A DNA stretch of 64,000 nt, taken from NCBI GenBank assembly GCA_030704615.1, contig CM060734.1, forward strand, positions 60,698,001-60,762,000, given 5' to 3'. The notes under the pieces are model-generated. The model searched no databases. It was not told the DNA's origin and saw nothing but the letters and a program-made list of their open reading frames with translations. The translations under genes were made by a program, and so were the position numbers. This stretch comes from Takakia lepidozioides (lineage: Eukaryota > Plantae > Bryophyta). This document shows, in pieces, positions 46,499 to 59,682 of this stretch. How positions within the stretch are numbered: position 1 is the first letter of the stretch; every line of letters begins with the position of its first letter.

Positions 46499-47409
46499 GT
46501 TCTAGATAAGAAAATTGGTGGGATGGATGTGATGTTGTTTCAACCAGTACTGAACAACCCTGGACAATATTAACATCAGAACCAAATCTTTGACTCTCTT
46601 TCCATGGCCGGAAAAAGGAATCGTCTCAATTTGTGGTGTGTAGTACGTATTTATATCGAATAAGCAGTTTAGGTGCCTACACGATAGACAGGCAAGTCAT
46701 GACTCATTTCAGTAAGCGGCAAATATCCAAATCAACATCCAGTATGAGATTGGTAGAAGACACATCGTGACAAAAGACCTAATTTCATGCCAATCTAGAT
46801 CAGAGCACCCATAACGAGACTTGCAAAAGTAGTAGAAATGAATATGGATGACTATGTGTGGAGGGGATTCAAACCAGTAGCCACAAGAAGCAACAGAAAG
46901 ATGCCAAAATTGGTCAAAGCAACTCGGGGTAGTGCCATGATAGTCTTTATCAAGAACTTAGAATAAATCCACCTGCAAGAAAATGTGGGCATGTTATTAG
47001 CTCGAATATTGTAGACCTGCTGACTCTGCTATATATTAGCTATAATCTCAGCTATACATAAACAAGACCTCATAACAACTAACAAACGCTGTCATTAGTC
47101 ACCATAAATACTCGTAAACCTCAAGGCATTGCCCACATACCGTCTCAACGCAAAGAGATGCAAGTTGGGCTTGTAAAAGTAAAGCGCTGAAAGGGAGTGA
47201 AGACTTGGATATGAGGTCTCATGTATTGTATATATAGTAATGTTTCGTCCTTCATGCATGCTAGTCAATATATGGTAACGTAATTTGTTTGTTTGTTTGT
47301 TTGTTTGTTTGTTTTGTTTGATTTGTTTGTTAAATTGTTTTGTAGTATTGAGATTGTTTTTGAATTTTGAAAACTGGTGGGACTACACACGGTTCAAAAA
47401 ATTGCGGGA

Positions 47410-47838
47410 CAACTACGAATTAATCCACCAAAAAAAATAAAAAAAATAAAAGACCCCCAAGGAGTCGCTCCAATACAGCGACCCCCAGGTCATCGCATTT
47501 AAAAAATGAATTTTATTTTATTTTTCCCCCGTGGTGCTTGAAGCGACGCCCTGGGGCGTCGCTACCTCCCAACCGACGTCCGGAAGGTTGACCCCCAGTG
47601 CGTCGCAGCTGATCTGCGACATTGTTTTTAATTTTTCTCAGATGCGACGCCTCAGGCATCGCAGTGTAGGATGTAGGAGGCATTTTTGGGATTTTCTGCG
47701 GTTGAGGTGGTCGAGATAGATCTAAATTTGAGCGACCCTCTGGGCGTCGCTAATTCACCAGCAACGCCGGCGTCACACGGTTCCGTGCACGCCACGCCGG
47801 GCCGGGGGCATCATTAACCCCCCCTAATTGCAGTAGTG
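47410..47838. mobile_element. Possible CACTA-derived non-autonomous element
   Basis: Right end ...TTGCAGTAGTG, many GCGAC/GTCGC inverted subterminal motifs; left TIR degenerate, no TSD. Confidence 0.35.
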
Positions 47839-48802
47839 ACTAGACCAATTGAAAATATTTTGTCATCTCACAAAAAATCCTTTCTATTTTTTTAAAATAA
47901 TAATAATCCTAAGTTGTAGATCCCCGTTCCGCTTCCGTGTTCCCACTTGCTACTCTACTCTCCCTAACCCGTATGAAGCTGGGCATGCCCCCTGCATGTT
48001 CCATGTCCCGTTTCCTGTCCCACTGAGCAGGCCTTGCACTTCTCTTTGCTCTCCTATCCAACTTTAGGGAGTAGCAGGGCAGGGGAGTGAGGAGAGTGGT
48101 TCTTTACGTCTGCTGTGGGATCATTTCCGATCATGCATATATGATATAAGCTGCAGGCTGAGACGCAGACACTGACTAAACCCCTATACTCTTGTCTCAC
48201 ACTGTTACTGAGCAAGATACGAATAAAGTATAGAGCCCTGCTCAAAGATGTCATCAAGAGACGTGCACTATTTCATCTGTCGTAGAGGGCTGGCATCCCT
48301 TTACTTATACATGTGTAAGTGACCCTTATACATATGGTAAGGTACTTAAAGATTTTGTTTGAAAGGTCTCTCATAAGTTGGCCCTACCTCATTGTCATTG
48401 TCTCCCCATTAAGACCTACTGATCACTAAATATATCCATTGCTTCAATAGTTCCACTTCCCTCCTGCAAGAACAGTACACAAATCAGGGCCACCTTTGTT
48501 TATTTTGATAGATGATGCCGATAGAACAAGACCAAGCTTCCAGCCTTTCTCCAATAGAAAAAAAGGAGTACAATAATCTGAAAACTGACTTTCCGGGACC
48601 TTGTCAAGCCAAGACCCTGCTAGGTTAATACATGCTATAATTACTATTTCAACCTGAATTTTGACAGAGGAAGCAGTTGGACTACCCGGCTAAGCAAATC
48701 TGTGATTTTTCAATATTTATGCCTAAAAGGCTGAAAAAAAACATGAAAGTGCCTAATTCAATAAAATTCTCTAAACTCTACACAATTTCTATTGAAAGAA
48801 AG

Positions 48803-48835
<33 letters not shown>

Positions 48836-50559
48836 CATAAATTTTCAAAAACAAATGACAATTCCCTAGGTCCATACAACCTCCATCGGACCTTCCAATG
48901 ACTCCCGAACATCCTGCAGATGTTCATCGTTGAATTCTTGATCACCATTCAAGTTAAGTATATCTGAGTCTTCGATGTGCAAGTTTCAGTGTTAGCCAGT
49001 GTCCTCCAGTGTTAGCCATCTCCAAATCTGCGTCTGTACCGTATATTGTGCTCTATGACACCATCTCCATTACAAAAGAGAGAGCACTGTTGTGAAGGAC
49101 CGGACTTGTCCTACTACAGCATCCGACATGCGTTCCCACTTCTTTGTTGCTCCATCCTCTAGGGTTTGTCTTGGGAAAGAAGAGGGAGGCGATGAAAGGA
49201 GAGAGTTCCAAGTGATGAAAGGGTGCTTAAACATGACAAATCATGGATGACATGTGCCTAATCTATATAAATTCTTTTTGAAAGTGCCTAAAGAGAAGAT
49301 TCCAGATTTAACAATTATTAGGCACTAAAGTGCCTAATCTGCCCTTCCACTACGGTACCAAATTTTTCAGTGTCGAACATTTTAAGTCAGCTACATGTAG
49401 AGATGAAATGGCTTACTGAATGCCATAAAGTGCTCCCTCCAAGTTGCCACGCGCAAACTTCCCAACCATTGCTGCACACACATTAGATTTTTTGTCAGCT
49501 ACTACATAGCTTATTTCAGCAACACTAGCATTGAAACACTTTTACCATCAAGAAGAAATAGGAGACTTGTAACCATCCTTGAACACTCTGCAATTGCAGT
49601 GAAGCAGCAGTTGTCCCACTCAGACCTGATGGGTACCAAGGTTTGGTAAGTGAAACAACTTGTGACACATTGTTTCATTGGATGAAATATATAATTAAAT
49701 ACAGGCCAACATTATATAGGTGTACAGATAACAGAGCTTATAACCCACTGGCAGTGGAATGGCCTCGGTCTTTAGCAAGGCTGGCCTCGTGTTCCACCAC
49801 AGTACTAGCCTCGTGGACCACAACATCTGCCCCCTGGGCTGCAACTTGCAACGACCGAAAGTTGCAAGTGTCCCCAAGAATCATTGGGCACAAGCATAAT
49901 TAATTGAAGTTAAATTGCACTGAGATAAGGATGCAGTGAGCTTTGAGCTCCCCTCCTACCACGCTGTCCATATTTATTCTAATCTTATACAACTAGAGTT
50001 AGTAAGGTCTATTAAGGGGGCTTTGTTGAGGGGCGGGACTCGCAAGGTTTCCTTTGGCGCACTAGTAGACATAGCATCCAAAGCCAAAATACATCAACAG
50101 TTCCTCATGGCAGAAGAGAAGCAAAAATCTAGGTATAGAAGAAAATGACATACCCACTTTACGCCCTCTTGGTGGAGGGCCTAGCACATCTTCTGGCTTG
50201 ACCTACATCCCAACAAAATTGCATGAAAAACCCTTATTTTGGAGGCACATTTGCATTTTATATTAGTGTGGTACAAGTTCCGGACCATACTTTAACAATG
50301 TTTGTCTCTTTTCCAAGAGCTTTGCACTTAACAGGTGCTCCCCAGCTATGTATATGCTCAACAACTAGTACTCCAAACTTCTATTAGGTATAAAGTAAAA
50401 GAGAGAGCTTATGGATAATGTCACACCCTCTTTTTGTCAGATGATTATGTCGGAGATGTTTGTATCTCTAGATTCTTAGAGTAATGACCACAATTATTAG
50501 TCTACTCTAGTTTCTCTTAACCTTGACTCACATCTACGTTGGGATTATTCTTCAAAGAC

Positions 50560-50785
50560 TTGTTCCAGGGATATCGATTTCCAGGTTCAGGCTTCCTACT
50601 TAGCTTGCTAATCGTAATTGTTCTCCAGGGCATCCGTCACGGTTCGCCGTGCGTTTAGGCTTTATGGCGGCTTATGCCAACATGGGTTTTAATTTTTTCC
50701 CTATACTAATTGTAATAAAAAATTAACCCAGGGCCACTGTCCCCTGTTAACCTTAAAAAAATAAAAAAAATAATCAATAAAAAAA
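50560..50785 (+). mobile_element. 5'-truncated LINE 3' end with poly(A)
   Basis: AATAAA, CAGGGCCACTGTCCCCTGTT, then A-rich tail. Confidence 0.6.
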
Positions 50786-51049
50786 TCGGAGGCTGCAATA
50801 TTGGAAAACCTATCTCCCTTAAAACAAGTGGACACTGCATACTAGGACCCTTCTGGTATTTCCAATTCAAAATACCAGACCAACATTGGTCTCTACTCTC
50901 CGAAAATCCCCGAATCGATTCCTTGAGAGGTCAATTTTTGTTGAGGGCTGATTGGAGATCAATTGTAAGCTTTAGAAGTGGAAAAAAGAAGCTCACAAAT
51001 GGTAAACCTCTGAATGCATATGTAACTTTCATTCTCTTCATGTTATGTG

Positions 51050-51403
51050 TAGCTAGGCTTGTTCCCTCCCATGACATCAACGGAATGGATCATATGGAAG
51101 TTGGTCCTTAGATATAGGGACACTTAGTCAGAGCCGACAATGTCGTGCATTGGACCAAAAACAAACAAAAAAAAAACTTTCTAATTTGACAAGACTCAAA
51201 ATTGGAATTTGGAATGTGTACAAATGTGTTCGGTGGGTCCAAGTGACCATTACCATTTCTGTCCGCTTACAGACGTGCCATTGGCATAAGCTTTACAATC
51301 TACCTTATTTTTTATATGCCTAAGGGCAAAGAAGATGACACAAATCTATTATCGTTATATCATATTATTGAGTTATTATTTTGGACTAGTTACATATGCA
51401 AAA
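51050..51403. repeat. Local duplication; second copy split across ~55050-55240 and ~56067-56200
   Basis: Shared TTCCCTCCCATGACATCAACGGAATGGATCA, GACAAGACTCAAAATTGGAATTT, GGGCAAAGAAGATGACACAAAT, TTGGACTAGTTACATATGCAAAA. Confidence 0.85.
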
Positions 51404-52994
51404 CAAGATGAATGTGATGTGACAAAGTGAAGTGTTCTTTGATTACCAACAAGGAACACAAGTTGACTTTGAACTTACATCATCCGTCCCGTTCTTCTCA
51501 ATACCTCCACGTGTTTTGTCATCACTTCACTATTCAACCGAGCTGCCACCATCGGCATTATTTTGTCTTTCCATTGTAAGAGAATTGCGCACAAGATTTA
51601 CTGTTTGTAGATACAAATTGGTTCCCAACAAATCCATGATTATCGCAAACACTTTGTAATTCTTAGCATGAGCAGCTCCCTCACAACTGCTTAGATTAAG
51701 AATATCGAAGAAGTATTGTTGATAAGTGGTTTGAGCAACACCACAATATCTTTGTCATAAAACAGAATAAATAGATTGGAATTAATTAACATATTGAGAA
51801 TTGTCAGTGTGACATTATCTTTCAACATATTGGTCAACGCATTGCAGCGACCGTGCCAATTGTAGCATGGTAGGCTCTTGACCCAATTATTGAATTTTAC
51901 ATTGTGTGTTTTACACAATAAAATTACTTTACGAAGTACTCGTGACTACCTTTAGTCATGTGCTGATAGTTAGATTCTTACCTATGGACGACATGCATAT
52001 TATTTTGTATATACCATATAACCGCTTGTTTATGTGAGTTTAAATGAGCATCTTGACAAGTATGCTTGCTAGTTTACAGTTTAGTGCTCTTTGTAATTTG
52101 TAAGATGTTGGCCATGATATAAATTATAAAGACTCTTTGTGATTTGACATATTCCCATGTATTGCATTCCCAATAGGTTATAATGGGCCCACTAGGACGA
52201 CATAGGTGCATTTAGGAGTTTTCTTGGAAATTGTCTCTTAGTAGTATTTTCTTTGTTTTGATTTAACAATAGAAGAGCATGAAGTTGAGTTCACAACTAT
52301 TACTACGGATAGCAAAGATGTTAGTGGAATTGAGAAGTTTGTTGGTGCAAAGTTTGCGCCCTAGAAGTTCCAGATGCAATTTATTATTCCGAGTCAAGCC
52401 TAGTGCAAAAAAAATAAATAGATGCGAGTCATATGAAGGTATTTGGAAACATAGCCTAATATGTGCATGTACCTGAGCAATTGAGAAAAAAAACTTGATT
52501 CCAAGAGTCAGAAACATGTATTTTTGTTGGTTACAGTAAAGAGAGTAATGCTTACAAACTTTGGAATGAAAAGAAGATTAGAAGATTATAGTAAATAGAG
52601 ATTTTCTAGTTGACAAGGAAACTAGATTTACCCAAACCAGATTACTGCAGAAGACACAGTTATAAGAGCACAGAGTAGTGAGAATCTGTCGTCGTTCCCT
52701 ACTCTTCAATCTACCATAGAGCAACAACCAGTTCACTGGCTAAGGGTCAAGCATCTATGGAATTGGACGAACACCACTCAGAAACCCAATAGAGAATAAC
52801 ATTATGTAGGAGAAAATGTCAAGAAACAACGTCCGACGATCCGAAATCAGCATCGACAACGATGGGACCTGTAGCTATAGGACGTACAGATCAACATATT
52901 TTCATGTGAATGTTGGAATTGAATTGTCAATCAAGGCCATATGTACTGAATTTGGAAATCAGTGAGCACCCATAGTGCAAGAAGTCTTGAAGAC

Positions 52995-54225
52995 CTACTC
53001 GTCGTCTACCTGTACGAACAGGCTAGCATGTGGATGTAATCCAGCGGCCTTGATGGACATCTCACGTACGCGAGGACCGTAGACTATGCGAGGGAAATCA
53101 GACACAAGGCTGTAAGAGAGCACATTGAAACAGATGAGAGAATCAACGTAGTCATAAACACTTTGGACACTTGCACTATTGGGGAACCTCCGCTCTCTTC
53201 GATCACCGTTGGGCAAACGCACCCGCACCTGCAAGAAGGGATACATCAACATCGAGACTTGTCCATAACATTGACACTGTATAATTTAAGAACATGTTAC
53301 GCGCTGCAGATTGATGCACAACTATGTGTATTTTCAAAATGAAGATCTAATTTCTTAGAAGCACAATCTTAGTCAGACAGAAACCCAATCCTGATGTAGC
53401 TCTGGCATTGTACTTTCCCTAAGAAGATTGCAGATTTCTAGATAAAGTTTAGAAATGCCCGACATGTCAAAGAAGTTAGAACTTGAAATATCGCTCACAG
53501 CTGACAAGGCCTCTTGTCCGGAAGATGAAGTATACATACACAAGTACTAAGTCAGTAGGAGAGAGGCGATAAGAGATGGTGAAATACCCGAGTCACGTCA
53601 AGGCCTTGGTTGGGTTCAGGACCTAAAACAACTGTCTTTTCACGTCGTCTGTTGTCCAGAGCGGTCTCTTTCTCTTCAGCAGTCTGGGCGACCAGCATGG
53701 TAGCCTCTTCTTCCTCTTTTTTCTTCCGGGCTGCTCGCTCTGATTTCTGCCGTCTTCTGTCATCCCTCTCCTGCAGCCCCACCCCATCTTCACTCATGAA
53801 CCCTACTCATGGAACTTCAAGAATGCATGGCGGATACATTGGTGCAGAGCAGCAGAAGTAATTGATACATTGTTCGTAATCTCGTATGGATTCTTTACAA
53901 TATTTTCTAAAATCCTCAGAATCGAATGTATTTTCTTACCTCAAAAATTTGTGACCAAATGTTGAAATATCTGCCCTTTCTACCAACGTTTGGATTTCCT
54001 CTGACCCATGAATTTTGATCCTAAATGTTTGAATCCAGCTTCATGCCAAGATAAGGAACCCCAGAGGTCATAATTTCGAAAAGTCTCCAAGGACACGAGT
54101 GACTACTGCTCAAGTAAGAATTACCTGGTCGTCAAAGAGGGCTGCCTGGTACTCTGCATCTTGTTCCTCACGGAGGTGGCGCCGACTTCGAGCCCTCTCC
54201 TCTTCCACCTCTTCTGCCGCCACCC
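52995..54225 (-). CDS. 3' exons of a UBX-domain protein (PUX10/FAF2-like): ~54225-54125, 53770-53588, 53228-52995; 5' part not found
   Basis: LREEQDAEYQAAL..DQ|GT, charged coiled-coil exon ending LGPEP, UBX exon VRVRLPNGDRRERRF..VYDYVDSL..FPR..AGLHPHASLFV; phase-0 GT-AG introns. Confidence 0.8.
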
Positions 54226-56200
54226 CCCCTCTCCCCTTGTCTCTAAACTCTCCAAATGCTTGTCTTGCATACAACTATGTAGCACATATCTCTTGTTGTA
54301 CTGCTCTACAAGTTACTAATTCATGATTTGCTCAAGTGATAGCCGATGATAGGATCTGACTGTTCAACACTTAGTTTGATTCTCACCTGAACAGTTTTGT
54401 TTCAACGTTTACCAGGTACCAATGCTCACATTACACCTCAAATGAGGCGTGTGAGGCACGGATCAAGTGAGGATGAAATTCAAAAGCTATACAACTTGGG
54501 TCAAAGAGAGGTTAGGCACTATTTCAAGGCCGATGCTTTTCAACTAGAGAGCCACGCTATATTGAAAGGTCATATTGCTTCTTTAGCATAGTTACATTAG
54601 CATAATTACATGGATCTGCGTGCATCCATTCATGCTGTTAAGGTAGGTGGATTCTAACGACGATTTTTTTTTTCCTTAATCTTGTTCGGAAGACGAGGCT
54701 AAAAAATCAGGACATGGCTTCACGTTAATGGTCCCTCATGCGGTACCTGCAAAAAAGATCAAAGAATAAGAAGAGAGAGAGAGAGAGAGAGCGATGAGGG
54801 GATGGGATAGGAAGGAAACTGACAACTTTTCATATCTTGCTAGCGTTGCCAACCTCCTTCATTGCCACATCATCTTGTCATGCACCCCACACTTCATCCC
54901 AATTCCAGCATTCATGCGTTTGTCATATACCCGGGATGAATTCTGTCCTCAGAGTGAAAATCCAAATAGAATTACAGCAAAAGCTTATTCATCACTGAAC
55001 AACTTTATGCAACAAGCCTGTTATTTGGCGGATGAGTGGGTTTCCTTCTTCACCTTCTCCCGTCTTTTCCTAGCTAAGCCTCTTCCCTCCCATGACATCA
55101 ACGGAATGGATCACATGCAAATTGCTCCTTATAACATACATGGAAACTTACTCAAAGCCAACAATGTTGTGTGCATTGGACCAAAAAATAAATAAATAAA
55201 ATAAAATTTGACAAGACTCAAAATTGGAATTTAGATTGTACATTGCAAACTAGAGTGGACCAAAAATGGCAGATCATGAGTACATAAAGAGTACATAAAG
55301 GAGGATGTGGCGAATCCTCAACCATCGGATTTGCTTCAACTGACAATCTTGACCGTCTATTATTGACTGTTAAAACCAAGATTTTCAAATTGCGATAATA
55401 TCAATTCACAATTTGTTTTTTGAAATTTGATCATAATCAACTCTGCATTTATGGTGAATGAATGGGCCTTATGAAAAAAAAATTGTTATTTCAAAAGAAT
55501 TTAGTAATAAAGGACTTTATGAAAATAGCTATTTTTTAGGCTCAATATAGTACATAAAGTTTTTTTAACTTCATATTCTTGAATGATAGTTTTCATTCCA
55601 TATTCCTCATTTTCCAAAGCAAGGTTGAGAGAGTCCCTTTTCTTGACTTTGTTCTAACTCCTATATTAAAAAAGTCCATAACATCTTTTTTTCTGGACTA
55701 TGACAATTTCTTATGGATTTTTTTAAAGTCCATAGCATCTAGAGATTCTGGTTTTTGATAATGAGATTTAAAAGTGTGAAAGTATATGTAGATGAGCCTC
55801 TATATATTAGTCCCTTTTTATTGATGGCGTTGTCATGTAGGAGTATAACAATTTACCACTATTCTATGTCTGGAAAAAACAGTGCTGTGACAGCAAAAAA
55901 TGGACATTGTAGGCTGCACGTACAATGTCCAAATGGGTACAGCTCAAAAATGTGCTCAGTGGATTCAAGTAAAAACAACATTTATAACTAGAGGATGGAA
56001 GTAGTCGTTTTTGTCGTTAGTGAGGTATATGAAGATATAAAGATATTTAAGATATAAAGCTTTCCGACGTGCAATTGGCATAAGCTTTACAGTCTACATG
56101 GTTTTTTTAATACGCCTAGGGGCAAAGAAGATGACACAAATATATTATAATCTATATCGTATCATTAAGTTATTATTTTGGACTAGTTACATATGCAAAA

Positions 56201-56371
56201 GTATGACGCCTCCCGAAGGGAGCGTAACTTATGATGACACTTGACCCCGAGAGGCTACTACCTTCCAGCAAGAAGGTGGACACCTTCATGACACGCCAGA
56301 CGGTGGTTTGAACCCACAACCACATCCAACGTGGTATGTGCCCATTACCACTGGGCTACGTGCTGGTTGTC
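56201..56371 (-). mobile_element. tRNA-derived SINE, second copy, 13-bp TSD
   Basis: Reverse-complement homologue of 37056-37214; TACATATGCAAAA at 56188-56200 and 56372-56384. Confidence 0.88.
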
Positions 56372-59300
56372 TACATATGCAAAATACTAGGGCTTCGCGT
56401 TGCTCCGCACTACTAGCGACGAATTCTGAGAACTATGTTCAATTTTCACAACCACCCCCAACCACCAGGGCGACGCACTGTGCACTTACCAGCTGAGCTG
56501 CCAGCTGAGCTGCCAGCTGATGTGCGAAATTATTTCCATGGTTAGTGGTGGATTTTCAAACCTGTATTTCTTTATTCGTTTAGCATTTGCTTCGGAAGCC
56601 GATTGTTTATATCTTTCCATCGCTCATCATTTAGTTTCATTTAGGGTAGCTTAAAAAGTACATTTATAGCAGCTAATATATTTTCACCAGAATTTTACAA
56701 AAACACTGGAAACCTATATAGTGGTGTCAAAGCTGCGGAATGAACATTCAACTCTGTACTCACCATCCATGACCCGCAAAATGCCTTCAAAATCTGAGCG
56801 CTGGTAGGGGAGCAGTTTGTCAAGGGCCACTTTGCCGCTGTTGAGTTGTTGATGCCATCTTACTGCTTTGATTGTCTCATCAGATGCAAAAAACTGTGAA
56901 CAGCAGAGGACACACTCTTAGTCACCCAAACTGGCCACTAGGTATAGTACACTCAAGAATGCAACATTGTCCTTCGTGTGGTACACAACTTCTTGGTGAA
57001 ATACCAACTTGTCAGAGAGACAGCTTACATGTTGGTACATAGTCAGTGACATGCCACTGCTCAAAACACAATACTTGACCTACGATATTAGCATTATGCT
57101 GATGAGCTGCACCCTCCCACACACCATGCCAATGGCCATTGGTTTTCATTATTTGAAAAGTTTGCAAAAACAGCCAAGTGATACAAATGTGGAAGAGCCT
57201 CAGATAATTATATCCACATAGGTTATGTCCATTCCAATAGAAAAACAATTGTTGAATTTGTCTCGTATTGTGCGAGACTTGAGAGGATCCCACGATGAGT
57301 TTTGTGACGAGATGAAAGAGGGGAAGAACCGCTTGAACATGTTGCACAAAACATCTTGAAAATTGTAAAGGAGATCGAATTTTTTGCAAGAAAAGCTTTT
57401 GCCGAATCTTTGCACGAGCCTATTTATGCCTCAATATCTAGTGTCATGGTGTAGAACTTATTGACGTGGATTTGTGGTCACGACCAAATCCCCTTGACCA
57501 CAATCGAATTGGGATGTAATATCCTACTTTAAAAATCATGTCATTGTTGAACAAAGTGGGTCACCCAACATGACCCTAGGAATAGGTAGCATAGCCTGAG
57601 GACGTACTAGCACAGCCTAGACACTGGAGCTAGGTATGTACCATAGAGGGCTACGGATGCAGGAGACAGTGGGCTGCCATACGACAAGGAGATGGAGTTT
57701 TATTTGTTGATTGTTTCTGTTTCCTGTCCAGAGGATATGCAAGCAACTGCTAGTGCAGTTTGTTTTCCAGCCTGCAATCGGCTATGGAACAAGTGCCACA
57801 GCTCACACTTGCTGGAGAGCCTCTGGCCTCATGATCATCGCTCTATAACCGTGACGCTCAAAAGATGAATATCGTTGAGAAGATGATTCCTCAGATTCGT
57901 GGGGTTTGCAGCCTTCAGAGTTGCAATTCATAGCATTGGGGCTGTTGCAGTACTATGGGTCCGACAAGCGCATCCACTAGACGCCTGCTTCTGCAACTTT
58001 TCAGATTACCCAGTGCGGGGCATGGCCTGACAAGTGTGTCTAATTCTCTTCCAGGTTGCTAGATTGGTGGTCCACCACAGAAATGTTTTCGAAGCTGCTT
58101 TACATGAGCTTTGTCCCCTTTGAAAGAGAGAGCAAGAGAGAGTCAGTCCCCTTTCAATCTGATATGAATGTGTGGACTGTTAGTGTTAGAAGAAACATAA
58201 TACCTTTTCAAGTGGCGGATCGGTCTCAAGCTTTGCTAGGAAATGTCTTGGTATTGTCATTTGTGGATTTGTTAGCAATGAGGGGAAACACAGGATGCCA
58301 TGGTGCTCGCCGTGAAACTGCAAACTCCTTTCATTGAGGTTTGCTTATCCTCGCATCAAACTGAATCCACTTGGGTTTATATAGCCAAGACTAATGCTTA
58401 CAAGGTCTCTGCGAAACCATGACACCCTTGCAATGAAACAATTTTAGTTCAGCTCCACTGCCTGCAACTCCATCTGGACTGCAATCACCAGTGTTATCTT
58501 CACTGCAGAATGCAGGTAGGATGAATTCTCAGTGTCTTCAGATAGATTTTGGTTGCAAGCTCATCTCCACCCCAAAGACCATCACCATTAGGGTTCATAG
58601 TTTCACACACAGGACCACCCATGACATACTTGGGAAATCATTGGGAGAGATCTGAGGAAGCAGGAACATAAGCCAAATTGTGAATTGCCTGGCTGATACA
58701 TCTAGAAGAATATTACTTAGAATAAACTGGAGAGAATGGCAAGGAGGTAGGGTGGGATTGGGCCACAAGAGGGGACAAGGGCCATAACCATGTAGAAAAG
58801 ATAGACACAAACTGTGAGCATAAGAAAAGCCCCATGCCAACATATTGTGGGGGTTCAATGCTCCATTAAAATGTATGACAGGGCTTTGTTTCAAGTATCT
58901 GACTGTGAACGCCCCCACCCCCCCTATGACCAAAATAAGAGAGTTAATCTCCTGAGAGATTGGTTGAAAAGCCAAACCTGCCAGGCTGTCATCCATTACA
59001 TTCCATTAACTACGCTGTCGCCACCTACTACTCTTGTCAAGAACCTACAGAGTTCAACTATTTTAAGTCCGGTGATGTTAGTCACACTATGATAAAGCTA
59101 AGATAGATATACAAACTGAAGTCTAATAAGATAGCTGATCTCCAAGAACACAGAATGCTATACATTCCCCGGCTCCGGCAAGTGGATGAGACCCCACTTA
59201 CTGCTTGTAGAACATATACACAGGAAACATCCACTGCAGCTAAGGATAGCATGACCTCAGATCCCTCCCTTTCAAGAAATGTTCTATGACTTTTCTCCTA

Positions 59301-59682
59301 TTGCCGAGACAGGACTTCTGCTAAACTGCTGCTGGTAAAGAGCCTGGATCCACAACCACTCTTTTAAGTCCCATTACCTCTGCTTCTACCTATCCATGTT
59401 GCCACAAATAGAAATCCACTTTCTCTGCAACCTCCCTGGTGATCTCAGTGATCAATAACGGGTTTTGGTGCAAAAGCTCAAAAAACACCTTGCCAGCTCT
59501 GCAATGTAAAAGAGCTCAGTACTGCATCTTGCAAGGTGGTGATCAGAAGGCTGGAAGAAGAAAGGATTCCAAATAAAGCTTCTGAGTATGAACAGACGAT
59601 ATTGGAGTGGTATGTATGTATGTACCCACACACTGCTGAAAACCCAACTATGCAGGTAAGTGGTCCATGATCACATACATAA

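Noticed and set aside
48700-49350. GTGCCTAA motif cluster with palindrome at ~49318-49338
   Set aside because: Probably transposon subterminal repeats, but no paired TIRs or TSD could be defined.
51430-52520. Possible hAT transposase remnant on the minus strand (LP..W..RCNAL..ML, LLKPL)
   Set aside because: Too degenerate to call without a profile search.
56390-59100. Possible decayed transposase and LINE RT remnants between UBX and bZIP
   Set aside because: Only isolated weak motifs in broken frames; not supportable by eye.
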